A DNA stretch of 29,299 bases from Candidatus Sumerlaeales bacterium (GTDB lineage Bacteria > Sumerlaeota > Sumerlaeia > Sumerlaeales > Sumerlaeaceae). Where the stretch lies: contig JBBSQY010000041.1 in NCBI GenBank assembly GCA_038243585.1, positions 1-29,299 on the forward strand, given 5' to 3'. Under the pieces are notes generated by a model. It ran no database searches and was not told where the DNA came from. It worked only from the letters and a program-made list of their open reading frames with translations. Numbering within the stretch: the first letter of the stretch is position 1; each line of letters begins with the position of its first letter. Positions 26,857-29,299 of the stretch are shown piece after piece. The position numbers were made by a program, and so were the translations under genes.

Positions 26857-28430
26857 ATTACTTCGTTAAAGCGGTCGGCATTATAGATGAGGGCCGGATT
26901 CCAGCCGGTTACATTCGGCTGCACCGCGTAGTAAACTTTCCGGTGAAACAGCGGAATCCACGGAGACTGCATTCTCACCAGATTTTCCGCTTTTTGATAA
27001 AGGACAATACGTTTATCGTTGTTGCCCTCGACGCGGGCGCTGGCCAGAACGTCGTCGACCTCCGTATTTCGAAAATGCGTTTGGTTGCCTTGGCGGGGGA
27101 TGTTAACGCTGTGAAAGGGTGGATACAATGCGTTTTCTATGTCGGGATAATCGAGAGTCCAACTGGCGAGGAACAAATCGGCGACACCCTCGTGAATTGC
27201 CTGACGCAGGGCTGCCTGATCACGGGGGACCAGCGTCACGCGCGCGCCAACGGCTTCGAGCATGGCTTTTACGGCCTGAGCGATTTCTCCATTCAGGGGC
27301 TCCTCACGGTAATAGAGGTCCAGTTCAATGCTAGCCTGCCCCGCTTGCTTAAGGATCTCGCGAGCTTTTTTCGGATCATACGGAAACGCGGGCGGTGGCG
27401 CGGCGTATCCCGCTATACCCGGAGGAACCGGCCCACCGGCCACCACGCCGCGCCCCTTTTGTATGTCCCTGAAAATTAGTTCATTGTCAATGGCATGGCT
27501 AAGCGCCCGGCGAACCCGCACGTCGTCCAACGGCTTTTTGCTCGACATAATCCCGATGTAATCCGTCCGAAGTTCCTGGATGGAGGTTGTCAATCGAGCC
27601 TTTGCCGGATCATTTTGCCAAGCCTTGTGAGCTTGGAATCCAACCTGGATAATGTCAAAATTGCCCGCCTCAAATTGCCGGTATCGCACAGAATCCTCCG
27701 TTTGTATGTGATAGACAAGGTGCTCAAGGCTCGGCCCTTCTCCCCAGAAGTTGGGGTTGCGTTTAAATATTAGGCGCTGGTCGTGGAGCCATGTGTGCAG
27801 GAGCCAGGGCCCGGTTCCGATAGGCCGTCGGTCAAAGGCGGAATCTGGTGCGTCTGTTCCCGCGGCTCCCTCAGGAATAATGACAGCGTTGGGCATAGCC
27901 AGCATGAGGAGAAACGGGGGATACGGCGATTCCAGAGTGATTCGAACTGTGTGGGCGTCGGGGCTTACAAGACCAGTAAGGGTAGTCGTGGTTCCATCCA
28001 TCACCTGCTGTGCCCCCACTATGCGATCCAGCACCCACTTGCGCTGGCTGTTGGTTTCCGGGCGGAGAATGCGAGTAAAAGAGTAGCGCACGTCCTTAGA
28101 AGTAACGGGCTTCCCGTTGGAGAATTTCGTGTGGGGTCTCAGGTGAAAAGTGTAGGTTCGCCCGTCAGGAGTTATCTCCCATGTTTCTGCTAGTCCCGGG
28201 TGAACGTCGCTTCCTGACCCAAAACCAACCAGCCCATCGTACAAAAATCCGCTGACAATTCCTTCGTAAAGGTCTTTAACAAATGCGGGATCGAGACGTT
28301 TCGGTTCGTCCATCTGCGCGTAGTTCAGGGTTGAAATCTGCTTGATGTCTCCCTCGCCGGTACAGGCGATCAGTGTGAGTGCTATCACCACACATAGTAT
28401 TTTGAGGCCTATCCTACTGCAGGTATTCAC
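26850..28430 (-). CDS. ABC transporter substrate-binding lipoprotein, family 5 (OppA/DppA/NikA-like)
   Basis: Lipobox LIAC; LDPA, LYDGLV, PGLAETWEITPDGRTYTFHLR, PIGTGPW, VRRALSHAID. Confidence 0.93.
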   Translation of the reverse strand: MNTCSRIGLKILCVVIALTLIACTGEGDIKQISTLNYAQMDEPKRLDPAFVKDLYEGIVSGFLYDGLVGFGSGSDVHPGLAETWEITPDGRTYTFHLRPHTKFSNGKPVTSKDVRYSFTRILRPETNSQRKWVLDRIVGAQQVMDGTTTTLTGLVSPDAHTVRITLESPYPPFLLMLAMPNAVIIPEGAAGTDAPDSAFDRRPIGTGPWLLHTWLHDQRLIFKRNPNFWGEGPSLEHLVYHIQTEDSVRYRQFEAGNFDIIQVGFQAHKAWQNDPAKARLTTSIQELRTDYIGIMSSKKPLDDVRVRRALSHAIDNELIFRDIQKGRGVVAGGPVPPGIAGYAAPPPAFPYDPKKAREILKQAGQASIELDLYYREEPLNGEIAQAVKAMLEAVGARVTLVPRDQAALRQAIHEGVADLFLASWTLDYPDIENALYPPFHSVNIPRQGNQTHFRNTEVDDVLASARVEGNNDKRIVLYQKAENLVRMQSPWIPLFHRKVYYAVQPNVTGWNPALIYNADRFNEVIK

Positions 28431-29299
28431 GCGGTTTCAAGCATGGATATAGCTTGCGCGAGGCTACGAATGTTTTCTTCAGAGTGGCCGGCGGTTATGG
28501 TGATCCGCAACCGACTCGTGCCGTGGGGAACTGTCGGCGGGCGTATCGCAGCCACGAAAAAACCCTGTTCCCGCAGGTTTGCCGCAGCCTCTAACGCCTT
28601 CTCTTCTCCAGCCATTAGTACGGGAATAATGGGGGAGGGGTTTACTTTATCGCAGGCTATGCGATTGAGCAATTGTCGAAAAAGATTTATATTTGAGCGC
28701 AGCCTCTCACGACGTTCAGGCTCCCGTTTAAGAATTTCGACGGCCGCCAGTGCCGCTCCAACAGCGGCGGGATTTAGAGCTGTGTCAAAGATGAAGGTGC
28801 GAGCGGTGTTTACCAATAACCTGCGCAGCACTTCAGGTCCAGCAACAAAACCGCCTTGCGATCCCAGGGCCTTGCTTAGAGTGCCAATCTGGACGACGTG
28901 GGCTTTGTCTGCTATGCCCGCAGCCGACGCCGTGCCGGCGCCACCGTCGCCCACCACACCGGTGCCATGGGCGTCGTCTACCAGCAGCAGCGCGTCGTGT
29001 TTTTCACATAGTTGGCTCATTTCAAGCAGCGGCGCAAGGTCGCCGTCCATGCTGAACACACCTTCCGTAATTACTAGCGCCGATGGCCAGCCGGCCGGGT
29101 GATTACGCTTTAGTAAAATTTCAAGAGAGGAAATATCGTTATGAGGAAACGACCGCCAATTCCGCCGGTCCTGCGTAGCACCGTCTATTAAGCTAGCGTG
29201 TGCGAGACGATCGAAAAATATCGGCACACGAGAATCATCGGCTCGTAAGGACAGAGCTTGGATTGCCCCCTGACATGCTAGATAACCGGAAGAAAACAC
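28427..29299 (-). CDS. bioF: 8-amino-7-oxononanoate synthase (5' end outside the window)
   Basis: FSSGY, DRLAHASLIDG, ITEGVFSMDGD, VDDAHG, GTLSKALGSQGG, AIRPPTVP..SRLRIT. Confidence 0.9.
   Translation of the reverse strand: MFSSGYLACQGAIQALSLRADDSRVPIFFDRLAHASLIDGATQDRRNWRSFPHNDISSLEILLKRNHPAGWPSALVITEGVFSMDGDLAPLLEMSQLCEKHDALLLVDDAHGTGVVGDGGAGTASAAGIADKAHVVQIGTLSKALGSQGGFVAGPEVLRRLLVNTARTFIFDTALNPAAVGAALAAVEILKREPERRERLRSNINLFRQLLNRIACDKVNPSPIIPVLMAGEEKALEAAANLREQGFFVAAIRPPTVPHGTSRLRITITAGHSEENIRSLAQAISMLETA

Noticed and set aside
26847..29102. Plus-strand ORFs 26847..27479 and 28443..29102
   Set aside because: Antisense shadows of the binding-protein gene and bioF.

Overview
Bacterial chromosomal window of roughly 55-60% GC, densely coded with housekeeping, envelope and transport genes. 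In order: a ComM/YifB-type AAA+ gene running off the left edge (missed by the ORF track, which shows only its antisense shadow), cytidine deaminase, a small glycine-zipper protein behind a near-consensus sigma-54 promoter, two tandem secreted arylsulfatase paralogues, a secreted thioredoxin/disordered-linker/helical-domain protein, hflX, an MFS transporter, an ABC-F (Uup-like) ATPase, uvrA, a FecCD/BtuC permease, a DegT/AHBA-synthase-like aminotransferase, a LivM-type permease, dacB (PBP4), a three-gene sugar ABC importer, a family-5 solute-binding lipoprotein and a 5'-truncated bioF. I found no rRNA, tRNA, CRISPR array or intact transposase. The most interesting signals are non-coding. (1) A ~172-nt multi-hairpin element between the convergent uup and uvrA ends carries an exposed exact copy of the 16S rRNA 3' anti-Shine-Dalgarno sequence; from memory (unverified) it closely resembles the leader upstream of the E. 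coli rtcB2(ykfJ)-prfH ribosome-repair operon, but here it has no such downstream genes. (2) A GTAG-headed REP/REPIN family shows compensatory stem changes, and its GTAG head supplies the TAG stop codon of three different genes. (3) A second REP-like direct repeat brackets what may be a decayed RAYT transposase.
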